DNA from: a virus
Strand: one strand, 5' to 3'
IMG/VR virus record: IMGVR_UViG_3300024333_000005
Coordinates: 1 to 64,000 of that record
DNA length: 64,000 bases
This document shows, in pieces, positions 35,745-44,895 of this stretch. How positions within the stretch are numbered: position 1 is the stretch's first letter; the number at the start of each line of letters is the position of its first letter. Under the pieces are notes generated by a model. The model was not told where the DNA came from. It was given only the letters and a program-made list of their open reading frames with translations, and did not search any database. The position numbers and the translations under genes were made by a program.

Positions 35745-38414
35745 GTGCCGACCGGCTCCCGCTACGCCAACTTCGTCGCCAAGCGCCTCCTCGGGGTCCC
35801 GCAGCTCAAGGACCACTTCCTCGACTACCTGACCGCCCGGGTGGCCGAGGCGTTGCAGCGGCTCTACCCGACCAGCGGACTCGACCGGGCGGTCTCCTTC
35901 GGGCTGGGCGCCGCCGACGTTTTCTCCCTGGCCCCGCTCGGGCTCTCCGCCTTCGACAACGCCGGCAACGTGGTCGCCCCGCCGAACGCCCTGGTGCAGG
36001 CCGTGCCCTTCGAGAACGCGGCCACGATCAACTACCAGGTCGGCGTCGAGTACGCCCGGCGCCCCTACGAGGCGGAGACCAACCCCCGGACCGGCGCTGC
36101 CCTCTACACCGCCTGGGAGGACAGCCTGGGCCGGGACGGGGCGCCCTCGTCGGTGGCATGGGACCCGGGGCTCGGCAAGCTGACCTTCGGGCTGAACTCG
36201 GTCTGCGAGGCCGGCGTAAGCCACGCCGGCCGGACCGCGGTGGTGTGGCTGAACACCCCGGCCTCCCCGGTCGCCGCCACGGCCATCGTCTCCGGCCTGG
36301 TCACCTGGGCCGGCGGCGAGAACCGGCTGGTGGTCACCGGCAAGCTGGGGCAGAGCGGGTCGCCGTCGGTCAACCCCGCCCACTACACGGTCCTCCTGCT
36401 CGGGCTCACCGTCCGCCGCAACGAGGACCTGACCCTGCTCCCCAACGTCGCCTACGTCGGCAAGGTCGTCGGCGGCGGCCCCGGCAACCCGCCGGCGGGC
36501 CAGGACCTCACCGGGCAGTTCGTCTACTTCCTGGGCGCGGCCGGGCTCAATGAGGTCCTGGAGTTCGACGGCGCCGGGCACGTCAAGGTCCGGGTGAAGC
36601 GGTGGGCGGGCGAGGCCGGCGACGCCCGGCAGATCAGCGTGATCGACGAGGCCGGCAATGTCCTCTTCCGGGTCGAGGCCGACGGCGACCTGCGGGCGGG
36701 ACACGCCGGCCTGGCCGCGAGCCCGAAGCTCCGCCTGGTCGAACAGCACGGCGAGGGCACCCTTGGGACCGACGCCAACGTCCTGATCCTCCGCAACGCC
36801 ATCGTCGGGGGTGGCATCCAGCTCACCACCCAGAAACAGGAGAGCGCCGGCTTCCGGGGCCTGGTCCTGCTCGGCGGCTACGAGGAGACCGTGGTGTCCT
36901 CGCCCGATGCCGAGATGCTGCTCGGCGACACCCACACGCCGCTCCTGGTGCCCCTCTCCGGGGCCCCGGCCAACGAGAGCCAGCTCAAGGGGGCGAGCCC
37001 GGGCAACCTGCTCGGCGCCCTCAACTGCGTGCCTACCGGAGTCGAGAACGCCCAGGGGTCGGTCCTGGTCGAGGGCGCCAGCGGGGCCGGCTCCGGCGCC
37101 GGGAAGTTCACCGTCTCCCAGGGCGGGTTCGTGATCGACGGCTGCTACCGCTGGATGGAGGAGTACCAGTTCACCGGCATCCCGGCCGGGGCCACCCGCT
37201 ACGTCGGGCTGGACGTGAGCGGGGTCGCCTACGCCATCGGCGCCAACATCTCCAGCTTCCAGGCCGAGGACGTGCTGCTCTGGCGCTTCCAGACCGACGG
37301 CGCCGGAAACCCGATCAACCTGGTGGACCTGCGCCGGCCGCTCTACCGGGACGGGAAGCGGGTGACCTTGACCGTCGGTCCCTCCGGCACCCCGACCATG
37401 TTCCGCACCATCGGCAAGGCGGTCGCCTGCATCGGCGAGCTGCGCTCCCCCCTGGCGGGGACCGGCGACACCCGGGGCTTCGAGGTGCTGGTGGTGGGGC
37501 CGACCGACGAGGGCACAAGCCCGGTGGTCCTGCCCTGCTCCGGCATCACCATCCGGGGCCTGTCCAAGGAGCGGGCCCGGATCACCTTCACCGCCCTCAA
37601 CGGCGGCCTCTTCAACCTCAACGGCAAGGACGACCTGGCCTTCCGGGATCTGACGCTGGTGGCGGACGGAGGCGCCCCCGGCGCGGCGGACCCTCCCAAG
37701 GTAGGCTTCTACCACACCGGGGCCGGCACCTACTGCGACCGGGTCTGCATCGAGAACGTGGACCTGGTGCAGGACGGGGGAGGCGACTACTGGAACGGCG
37801 TCCTCTGGAGCGACTCCGGCGGCCTGCGGGACTGCCTCCTCGACGGGGTGCGGAGCAGCGTCGTCCGGGACTTCGGGGTGGTGGTCGCCGAAGCCTCCCG
37901 CTGCACCCTGCGGGGCTGCTACTTCGCGGCCGCCAGCACGCCGTTGCGGGCGGCGGGCGAGCTGGATGGCGTACTCATCAAGGGCGGGGGGTACTGCCAG
38001 ATCGAGGGCTGCCGCCTGACCCTCTTCGCCGAGCACGCCGTCTCCCTGGAGGGTGCTTCCCAGGCGTGCTGTGTCCAGGGCTGCTACAGCAGCGAGACCG
38101 GCACGCCGGCCTACGAGGCCACGACCGCGACCCTGCGCCATCGCTTCATCGGCAACGTCGCCGGGCAGGTTGGCCCGGCCGCGGGGACGGTCCCCTGCAT
38201 CACCGTGGATGGGCAGCGCTGCGTGGTCCTGGGCAACGTCCTCCAGCCGAACGCCGGGGCCGCCATCAAGGTCGGGGTGCGCTTCGAGGTCAACTCGGTA
38301 GGTTGCACCGCCCTGGGCAACACCACCGATGCTGCGCCTTCGGTGCCCGTCTCCGACGGCGGCGCCGGCAACCTCTGGCAGACCGCCACCGACGGGGACC
38401 CGCTCAATGCCTAG
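35745..38414 (+). CDS. tail fibre/tailspike with C-terminal right-handed beta-helix
   Basis: FRTIGKAV followed by repeated IxGN/VxGC beta-helix strands; AGGAGG RBS. Confidence 0.75.
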   Translation: MPTGSRYANFVAKRLLGVPQLKDHFLDYLTARVAEALQRLYPTSGLDRAVSFGLGAADVFSLAPLGLSAFDNAGNVVAPPNALVQAVPFENAATINYQVGVEYARRPYEAETNPRTGAALYTAWEDSLGRDGAPSSVAWDPGLGKLTFGLNSVCEAGVSHAGRTAVVWLNTPASPVAATAIVSGLVTWAGGENRLVVTGKLGQSGSPSVNPAHYTVLLLGLTVRRNEDLTLLPNVAYVGKVVGGGPGNPPAGQDLTGQFVYFLGAAGLNEVLEFDGAGHVKVRVKRWAGEAGDARQISVIDEAGNVLFRVEADGDLRAGHAGLAASPKLRLVEQHGEGTLGTDANVLILRNAIVGGGIQLTTQKQESAGFRGLVLLGGYEETVVSSPDAEMLLGDTHTPLLVPLSGAPANESQLKGASPGNLLGALNCVPTGVENAQGSVLVEGASGAGSGAGKFTVSQGGFVIDGCYRWMEEYQFTGIPAGATRYVGLDVSGVAYAIGANISSFQAEDVLLWRFQTDGAGNPINLVDLRRPLYRDGKRVTLTVGPSGTPTMFRTIGKAVACIGELRSPLAGTGDTRGFEVLVVGPTDEGTSPVVLPCSGITIRGLSKERARITFTALNGGLFNLNGKDDLAFRDLTLVADGGAPGAADPPKVGFYHTGAGTYCDRVCIENVDLVQDGGGDYWNGVLWSDSGGLRDCLLDGVRSSVVRDFGVVVAEASRCTLRGCYFAAASTPLRAAGELDGVLIKGGGYCQIEGCRLTLFAEHAVSLEGASQACCVQGCYSSETGTPAYEATTATLRHRFIGNVAGQVGPAAGTVPCITVDGQRCVVLGNVLQPNAGAAIKVGVRFEVNSVGCTALGNTTDAAPSVPVSDGGAGNLWQTATDGDPLNA

Positions 38415-39123
38415 CCCTCCGCCCGACCTCTGGAGTCCGAAGGCCACCAGCTTCTCCCGGAGTCTGCGGAAGCTCGGCGCCCGGGGAACGATGCCGCAGG
38501 CGGTGGTGGTCCACACCACCGGCTCCGGCATCCTGGTCGCCGCCCTCAAGGAAGGGCGGGACCCGCTGGCCTACGCCGCGGCCTACTACGCTCGGCCCGA
38601 CAGCTTCACCTCGGGCTACCTGGTGGGCCACGAGGGGGAAGTGGTGGGGCTGGTGCCCGACAACCTCATCGCCTGCCACGCCGGGGTGGGGCAGGGCCGG
38701 GCGGCGCTCTACGCCCGGGGCCAGGCTCACTGGACCCGGCTCGCCGGCGGGGCCGACGGCGCCTGGAGCGAGGACCCGAAGCACGAGGGACGGTACCGGG
38801 ACTGGGTGGCCCGCTGGCCGGGCCTGACCTCCCCCCGGGCCCTGCTCGACGGCTACGACCTGGGGGTCAACGCCCGCACCCTCTCCCTCGACCTGCTCGC
38901 CCCGGTGCCCGGCGAAGCGCACCCCGAGGCGCAGCTCCGGGCGGCCGCCGACCTGGCCTTCGACCTGCTCCTCCGACACCGCCACGAGCCCCCGACGAAG
39001 CGGACGGTGCTTCGGCACTCCGACCTCGACCCTTTGGTCCGCTCGACCGCGGCCGGCGGATGGGACCCGCCCCGGGCCGCCTTCGTCCGGCTCTGTGACC
39101 TGCTCGGATTCGCGGCATGGTAG
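38407..39123 (+). CDS. N-acetylmuramoyl-L-alanine amidase (endolysin, Amidase_2-like)
   Basis: VVVHTT, ACHAG and LRHSD..DP motifs. Confidence 0.8.
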   Translation: MPSPPPDLWSPKATSFSRSLRKLGARGTMPQAVVVHTTGSGILVAALKEGRDPLAYAAAYYARPDSFTSGYLVGHEGEVVGLVPDNLIACHAGVGQGRAALYARGQAHWTRLAGGADGAWSEDPKHEGRYRDWVARWPGLTSPRALLDGYDLGVNARTLSLDLLAPVPGEAHPEAQLRAAADLAFDLLLRHRHEPPTKRTVLRHSDLDPLVRSTAAGGWDPPRAAFVRLCDLLGFAAW

Positions 39124-39668
39124 AGCGGCGCCGGAGCCGGGTGCTGCCGCTGGGCCTGCTCCTGGCCTACGCCGTGGTCGACCAGGGCGGCCCGCGACTG
39201 GTCGAAGCGGCCTGCGCCCCGCCGCGCCCGCTGCTGCCCCGGCGGCCGCCTGCCCGGGCGCCGGCCCTGCCCCGGCCGGAGCCGGCCATCGACGCCCTGG
39301 CCGGCATGATCTGCAACGAGTGCCTGGTCTGCTCGCCGGCCGAGCGGCTGGCGGTTGGACAGGTTGCTCTGACCCGGGCCTCTCGGCCGGGGTGGTGGGG
39401 TCGGAACCTGGCCGAAGTCCTGGCCGCGCCGGGGCAGTTCGCCGCGCCTCACCCGGACTGCGCGACCCTGCCCGACCAGACCCGGGAAACCCTGCGCTGC
39501 GAGGCCCGGCTGCTCCTGGAGGGGCGATACCAAGGACCGGCGAGGGGGGCGGTGTTCTTTCATGCTCGGCGCCTTGCTCCGTCTCCCTGGCCCGACTTGG
39601 CCGCGGGCGAGGCCGAGGTGCCCCCGGAGTGGTACCACCGCTTCTACCGCCTGGAGCCACGACGATGA
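39117..39668 (+). CDS. SleB/Hydrolase_2-like cell wall hydrolase with N-terminal hydrophobic segment
   Basis: ICNEC, AVGQV, PGQF, GAVFFHA and HRFY motifs. Confidence 0.75.
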   Translation: MVERRRSRVLPLGLLLAYAVVDQGGPRLVEAACAPPRPLLPRRPPARAPALPRPEPAIDALAGMICNECLVCSPAERLAVGQVALTRASRPGWWGRNLAEVLAAPGQFAAPHPDCATLPDQTRETLRCEARLLLEGRYQGPARGAVFFHARRLAPSPWPDLAAGEAEVPPEWYHRFYRLEPRR

Positions 39669-40165
39669 GCGCGTCCGAGGACCGCATCCGCACCGAGGTA
39701 GAGCCCCGCTTCCGCCGGCGCCCCTGGGCGAGGATCATCGCCCTGTCGGTCGGGGCTGCGGCTCTGGTCACCCTGCTCGACGCCACCACCGATCTGCTCG
39801 GCTACTCCCGGCGGGTCCTGGGCGCCCTGACTGCCGACTCGGCCGAGGCGGTCGCCGTCCGAGTCGCCGAGTCGGCCGTGGCCCCGGTGCGGCTCCAGGC
39901 GGCCGAGGCGAAGACGGTGGCGGTCGAAGCCAAGGGCGCGGCGAGCACCGCCCTGGACCTGGCCCGGGACACCCGGCTCGCCCAGGGGGTCGGGCTCTGT
40001 GCCCAAGCGGGCGGCGTGCCGGACCTGGCCTTCGAGGTCAAGTGCGAGTGGGACGATGGCGGCGGGAGCGAGCCACTGGACGACGTGCGGGCCTTGGCCA
40101 AGCGCGTCGGCGCCAAGCTCCGCCGAGATGCCGACCGGCGCCGGCGGGGAAGGAGAACCCCATGA
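39665..40165 (+). CDS. membrane-anchored lysis-module protein
   Basis: One N-terminal TM segment followed by an Ala-rich helix. Confidence 0.45.
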   Translation: MSASEDRIRTEVEPRFRRRPWARIIALSVGAAALVTLLDATTDLLGYSRRVLGALTADSAEAVAVRVAESAVAPVRLQAAEAKTVAVEAKGAASTALDLARDTRLAQGVGLCAQAGGVPDLAFEVKCEWDDGGGSEPLDDVRALAKRVGAKLRRDADRRRRGRRTP

Positions 40166-40503
40166 GCAAGTCCGCGTTGCCCCCGCCCTCCCCGGACCTC
40201 GCGCCGGGGACCGGCCTTCCGCCCCCGAAGCCCGGCTGGAAGACCACCGAGCTGTGGATCACCCTGGCCGTCCAGGTGGTCGCCGTGCTGCTCGACTCGG
40301 GCGTGCTCGGCGAGGGCCGCCTGGCCCTGGCGGCCGGGGCCCTGCTCCACGTCGCCGGCCTGTTCGGCTACGTGGCGGCCCGGACGGTGGCCAAGAAGGC
40401 CCACGAGGCGGCCCGGGCCGCGGTCCGGGTCGAGACCCTGCGGACCCTGGAAGACATGAGCCCGGAGGAGAAGGCGGCGTGGCTGGAGCGGCTCGCCGCC
40501 TGA
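40162..40503 (+). CDS. putative holin
   Basis: KPGWKTTELW motif, two TM segments and a charged C-terminus; AAGGAG RBS. Confidence 0.6.
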   Translation: MSKSALPPPSPDLAPGTGLPPPKPGWKTTELWITLAVQVVAVLLDSGVLGEGRLALAAGALLHVAGLFGYVAARTVAKKAHEAARAAVRVETLRTLEDMSPEEKAAWLERLAA

Positions 40504-41045
40504 TCCTGCTCGGCGCCCTGCTCGGGCCTGCCCCAGCGGCGGCCGAGCCGGCCGACTGCCACCGGGCCAGCACCGACGCCTGCCTCTGCATCTCGGAGGG
40601 GGCGGCGGCCCGGCTGGGCTGGCCCGCGGAGCCCGGCTGCGGGGTCCCCCCGCCAGGTTGCCGTTGCCGGCCCCAGGATGCCCCAGGACGCACGGAAGCC
40701 TCGCCCCCCTGCCTGGACCCCTCCGCCCCCTCTCCCTATGCCCCTGAAGGCGCTGGCGGCCCCCAATCGGCCACCTACGTCGGGGAGTGCGTCTGCGCCG
40801 CAGCCGAGGCGGTCGGCCGCCTGGAGGCGCGCCTGGGCCTGACCGTGGACCGGCGGCACGAGTGCAATGCCTCCCCGCCGCCGGGCGAGGTCTGCCTGCC
40901 CGAGTCGGTTGCCGACCTGGTCCTCGCGGCCGCCGAGGCCGACCGGCAAGTGCCCGACTTGAAGGCCGGCTGGACGGGGCTGATCGCCGGCGCCGTTCTG
41001 GTTGCCGCCATCCTGCTCAACTGGCTCTTGTGGGCCAAGGGCTAG
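40479..41045 (+). CDS. Cys-rich exported protein with C-terminal TM (spanin-like position)
   Basis: Signal-like N-terminus, multiple Cys residues and C-terminal WTGLIAGAVLVAAILLNWLLW. Confidence 0.45.
   Translation: MAGAARRLILLGALLGPAPAAAEPADCHRASTDACLCISEGAAARLGWPAEPGCGVPPPGCRCRPQDAPGRTEASPPCLDPSAPSPYAPEGAGGPQSATYVGECVCAAAEAVGRLEARLGLTVDRRHECNASPPPGEVCLPESVADLVLAAAEADRQVPDLKAGWTGLIAGAVLVAAILLNWLLWAKG
40672..40698 (+). repeat. dispersed 27-bp repeat, copy 2
   Basis: CCCAGGATGCCCCAGGACGCACGGAAG. Confidence 0.85.
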
Positions 41046-41073
41046 CTCGCGGCGCGGGTAGGGCTCGGCGGAG

Positions 41074-42333
41074 GTGCCGAGCGTGGGCCAGTGCAGACAG
41101 GGGTTCCAGAAGCGCCTGGAGCTGGCACTCCTGGGCGCACCCCGAGGCGGGGGCGTAGTCCTGGAGGCCACGGCCGAAGGCGGCCGCGCCTTCACCTGCA
41201 ACGTCGTCGACTGGATGGTCGACCTGGAGGTCGGCCCCTGGCCCGAGGGCCAGGCCGTGCTCTACCGGGCGGACTACGCCAAGCTCAAGGCTCTGGGGTG
41301 GCAGGGGGGAGCCAAGGTGATCGGCGAGCACTGGGTCGCCATCGGCCCCGACGGAGCCGACCTGGCGGTGCTGCCGACGGCGATGGTGAAGCCTCGCCTC
41401 GCCGACCCGCCTCTCACCTGGGTCGCCGCCGGCCCGCGGGCCTCCACGCTGGCTGCGACCCTGCGGCACGCGGCCCGCTACGCCAGCGCTGCCAACCTGG
41501 ATCGTTCTGCGCTGGCGGCCGTGCGGATTCGGGAGCACGAGGATCACCTGTGGGCCGAGGCCACCGACGGCCGCCGGCTCTACCGCTCCCCGGAGATCCC
41601 CCACCTGGAGGCCGCGCCCGAGCTGCCCTTCTACCTCCACTGGAGCGCTGCCCGGCTCGTCGCGGCGGCGGTCGCGGCCTTCCGCGACGCCCCGGTCGGG
41701 CTGGCCACCGACGGCCACCAGACCAGCCTCCGGGTCGGGCCGGCCAGGCTGACGTACTGCCCCCCATCGGGCTTCCCCGACCTCGCCTTCGTCTACAGCC
41801 TGGCGGCCCCCGACGACCGGCCCCGAGCGAAGGTCAAGGGGCCCCGCCTGCGGGAGCTGGTCGCGGCCGCTCGGGCCCAGGGGGGCGAGTGGGGGCCGGC
41901 GAAGTTCATCGTCCTGCGCTTCGGGCCCGGGGGCCTGACGGCCACCTGGGAGGGAGGCGAGGGCCTGGTGGCCGGAAGCGTCCGGGGGCAGGGAGAGGCC
42001 CAGCTCGATGCGGGCTTCCTGGCCGACGCCCTGGACCTGTCGGCCGACGATCCCGAGGCGCTGATCGACTCCGCCCTCTTCGAGACCATCGGCCGGCGGC
42101 GGCTGTGGATGCTCTGGTTCCTCACCGCGGCCGGCGACCTGGCGGTTCTCCCGCAGCGGACCGAGGCGGACGTGGCCGAAGGGCGGCGAGCGCAGGGGCC
42201 ACACCGGCTCGACTGCGGGAGCTGCGGCGCCCGCGGCGCCCCGTACTACGAGGACTGCGCCGGCTCCGCCCCCGGGGAGGTCTGCCCCACCCGGAACGTC
42301 GAGCACAACGCGGCAGCCGCGGCCCCCTATTGA
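41074..42333 (+). CDS. DNA polymerase sliding clamp (DnaN-like)
   Basis: RSALAAV..AEATDGRRL and GFPD motifs; C-terminal Cys cluster. Confidence 0.65.
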   Translation: MPSVGQCRQGFQKRLELALLGAPRGGGVVLEATAEGGRAFTCNVVDWMVDLEVGPWPEGQAVLYRADYAKLKALGWQGGAKVIGEHWVAIGPDGADLAVLPTAMVKPRLADPPLTWVAAGPRASTLAATLRHAARYASAANLDRSALAAVRIREHEDHLWAEATDGRRLYRSPEIPHLEAAPELPFYLHWSAARLVAAAVAAFRDAPVGLATDGHQTSLRVGPARLTYCPPSGFPDLAFVYSLAAPDDRPRAKVKGPRLRELVAAARAQGGEWGPAKFIVLRFGPGGLTATWEGGEGLVAGSVRGQGEAQLDAGFLADALDLSADDPEALIDSALFETIGRRRLWMLWFLTAAGDLAVLPQRTEADVAEGRRAQGPHRLDCGSCGARGAPYYEDCAGSAPGEVCPTRNVEHNAAAAAPY

Positions 42334-43751
42334 GGCTTGTCCGCACCGGGACCTGGTGCCAGCTCACCGACCTGGGCGACCGGGAAGCGGTCGCCCGGCT
42401 GCTCGACCGGCGCTTCTCCTATCCCGTCGAGGGCCACGTCTTCGCCCCGGCCTACCGGGCCGGGACCTGGGATGGCCGGGCGCGGCTGGTGCGCCGGCTG
42501 CGGGGCGGGGGGCTGGCCTATCCGGCCGGCCTGCACCCGGAGGTCCTGCGGCTGCTCGCCGCACAGGGCCTGGCCCCCGAGGTCGTCGAGGACTTCCCGC
42601 CGGCCGAGCCGGTCGGGCCCTGGGCCTGGGCTGGCCCCGAGCTGCGGCCCTACCAGGTTGAGGCGGTCGACGCGGTCGTGGCCTACGGCGGCGGCCTGGT
42701 CCGGCTCCCGGTGCGCACTGGCAAGACCGCCCTCGCCGCCGAGCTGATCCGGCGCCTGGGCGTCCGGGCGCTGGTCCTGGTGTCGTCCGACCTGCTCCGG
42801 CGGCAGACCATCGCGGTCCTGCGGGAAGCGCTGCCGGGAGCCCGGGTCGGGGCGGTGGGCGAGGGCGCCTGGGAGGCGGACGGGGACCTGTGCGTCGCCA
42901 CCCTCCAGAGCCTCTGCCCCCGGCTGCGCACCCGGGACTTCCGGGCCTTCGCCCGGCGCTGGCCCCTGGTGGTGCTCGACGAGGTCCACCACCTCCAGAG
43001 CGAGGGCGACGCCTGGCGCAACGTGGCCCTGGCCCTGGACGCCCGCTACAAAGTGGGGCTCTCCGCCACCGTCGAGGTCGGGCGCAAGCGGCAGAACGAG
43101 ACGGGGGCAATCTGGCTGCGCGGGCTCTGCGGCCCGGTGGTCTACTCCCGGACCCTGTCGGAGATGATCGAGGCCGGCTACCTGGTCCGGCCGACCATCC
43201 GCTTCGTCCGTCACGGCGCCCCTCCCCTGGCCGCCCGGCGCTGGTCGCCGGCGGTCTACCGGGACGGGATCACCGACTGCGCCGAGCGCAACGCCCGCAT
43301 CGTCGCCGAGGCGGTCGCCTACGCCCGGGAGGGGCGGCGGGTCCTGGTCGACGTGAGCCGGGTGGGGCACGCCCGCCGGCTGCTGTCCCTCTTGCAGCGA
43401 GGCTACGAGGGGACCGTGGCGCTGCTCCTGGGCGCCTCCCCGGCCGAGGAACGGGCCCGGGTCCTGCGGGCCTGGGCCGCCGGCCGCATTGGGATCGTGG
43501 TGGGCACGATCCTGGGCGAGGGCGTCGACGTGCCCGCGTTGGAGGTCGTGGTCAACGCCGAGGGCGGCAAGGCCCGGACGAGCACCATCCAGCGGCTCCG
43601 CAACCTGACCGTTGCCCCGGGGAAACGCGGGGCCGTAGTGGTCGAGCTGGTCGACGACCATCAGGCGCAGCTCCGGGCCTGGACCCTGGAGCGCCTGCGC
43701 ATCTACCGGAGCGAGCCGGCCTTCTGCCTCCGGGTGGAGGGCCGGAGTTGA
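42330..43751 (+). CDS. superfamily 2 helicase (UvsW/XPB-like)
   Basis: LRPYQ, TGKT, DEVH, GLSAT and EGVDVP motifs. Confidence 0.9.
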   Translation: MRLVRTGTWCQLTDLGDREAVARLLDRRFSYPVEGHVFAPAYRAGTWDGRARLVRRLRGGGLAYPAGLHPEVLRLLAAQGLAPEVVEDFPPAEPVGPWAWAGPELRPYQVEAVDAVVAYGGGLVRLPVRTGKTALAAELIRRLGVRALVLVSSDLLRRQTIAVLREALPGARVGAVGEGAWEADGDLCVATLQSLCPRLRTRDFRAFARRWPLVVLDEVHHLQSEGDAWRNVALALDARYKVGLSATVEVGRKRQNETGAIWLRGLCGPVVYSRTLSEMIEAGYLVRPTIRFVRHGAPPLAARRWSPAVYRDGITDCAERNARIVAEAVAYAREGRRVLVDVSRVGHARRLLSLLQRGYEGTVALLLGASPAEERARVLRAWAAGRIGIVVGTILGEGVDVPALEVVVNAEGGKARTSTIQRLRNLTVAPGKRGAVVVELVDDHQAQLRAWTLERLRIYRSEPAFCLRVEGRS

Positions 43752-43754
43752 ACC

Positions 43755-43925
43755 GCCAGCCGAGGGAGGGTAGGCTGGCATCGACAGCGGCGTCTGCCTC
43801 CACCCAGGGCAGGCGCCGTCGGTTCGCCGGGTCGGGCGGCTGGGGTCCCGGGTCGCTGTCGGGGCGCCATGCCCTCCTTCTCCCCCGGGGTCGCCCCTGG
43901 GTGGCCGCCCGACCCGGCGAACCGA
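43755..43925. other. structured intergenic element (three hairpins)
   Basis: Stems 43755-61/43773-79 and 43788-98/43808-18, plus a perfect 22-bp inverted repeat at 43819-40/43904-25. Confidence 0.7.
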
Positions 43926-43938
43926 ACCGGAGATGGCC

Positions 43939-44895
43939 ATGCCCCGACCGTTCCGCCTGACGCGGCGCCAGCTTGATGCCCTCGCGGTCCTGGCCGCGCT
44001 TGATCCCGCAGACCTCCGGCTCCACCCGGTAGGGAGCCTGGCCGGGGCCCTGGGAGTCAGTTGCCGACAAGCCTCCTGGCTGCTCTCCGGCCTGGTTCGC
44101 CGGGGTCTGGTAGCCCGGACGGGACCGGGAAGCAGGGGTGCGCAAACGTCGGACATTGTAGGAGATGTCCTTACAAAAGTGGCGTGCACGCCACTTTTGT
44201 CGGCACCCCTTGATTTACCTAGCGATTTTCAACTCACTAGCTTAGCTCTCCCGGAGGGAGAGCTTAGTGCGCGATCCGGGCCCTCCTGCCCTCTTCCCTT
44301 CCGGGCTCCCGCGGAGGTCCGGGAGGCGGCCTGCTACGCCGCCTCCCCGGGCGAGCTGGTGGGAGCCCTCAAGAAGCTCGCCGCCCGGTCGAACTGCCAC
44401 GTCTCTCCCCGGCAGAACCGGAGGCAGGCCGGAGACCTGGACTACCTGGGGGAGCTGTACACCTCCCGGCGGCGCCGGTTGGAGCCGGAGTACAATCCTC
44501 CCCCCGGCCTGCGGCGAGACCTGGCAAAGCTCCTGGCCGGCCTGACGCGGGTCCGCCTGGGGCGGAAGCACTGGCCCCTCTACCTGGACTTCTGCTTCAA
44601 GGCGTTCCCCCGGTTCGCGCCCCTGGCCTTCCCTCCGGCGAGGGCCGTGGCCGGCGAAGCGCTGCTCGACTCCTACCTGGCTTCCCTGGGTCGGCGGAAG
44701 CTCGACCTCCGCCGGGCGGCGGCCATGCTGGCCGCCGCCGGTTACGGCGACCTGCCGGCCTGGGTGGTGGCCGACATGGCCCGGAGCGAGGCGGCCTCCC
44801 CCGGGGCCCTGGCCGGCATCGAGGACCGCCGCTTCGCCGAGGCGGCAGCCTGGCTGCGGGAGCGGCTGGACGAGGTGGGGTACGCCGATGAGTAG
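43939..44895 (+). CDS. wHTH replication initiator-like protein
   Basis: N-terminal LAGALGVS..LVRRGLV HTH; lies upstream of the helicase and primase genes; internal AT-rich palindromic region. Confidence 0.6.
   Translation: MPRPFRLTRRQLDALAVLAALDPADLRLHPVGSLAGALGVSCRQASWLLSGLVRRGLVARTGPGSRGAQTSDIVGDVLTKVACTPLLSAPLDLPSDFQLTSLALPEGELSARSGPSCPLPFRAPAEVREAACYAASPGELVGALKKLAARSNCHVSPRQNRRQAGDLDYLGELYTSRRRRLEPEYNPPPGLRRDLAKLLAGLTRVRLGRKHWPLYLDFCFKAFPRFAPLAFPPARAVAGEALLDSYLASLGRRKLDLRRAAAMLAAAGYGDLPAWVVADMARSEAASPGALAGIEDRRFAEAAAWLRERLDEVGYADE
44151..44264. promoter_or_regulatory. candidate replication origin
   Basis: Locally AT-rich; perfect 28-bp palindrome ACAAAAGTGGCGTGCACGCCACTTTTGT (44173-44200) flanked by two shorter inverted repeats. 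Confidence 0.6.
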
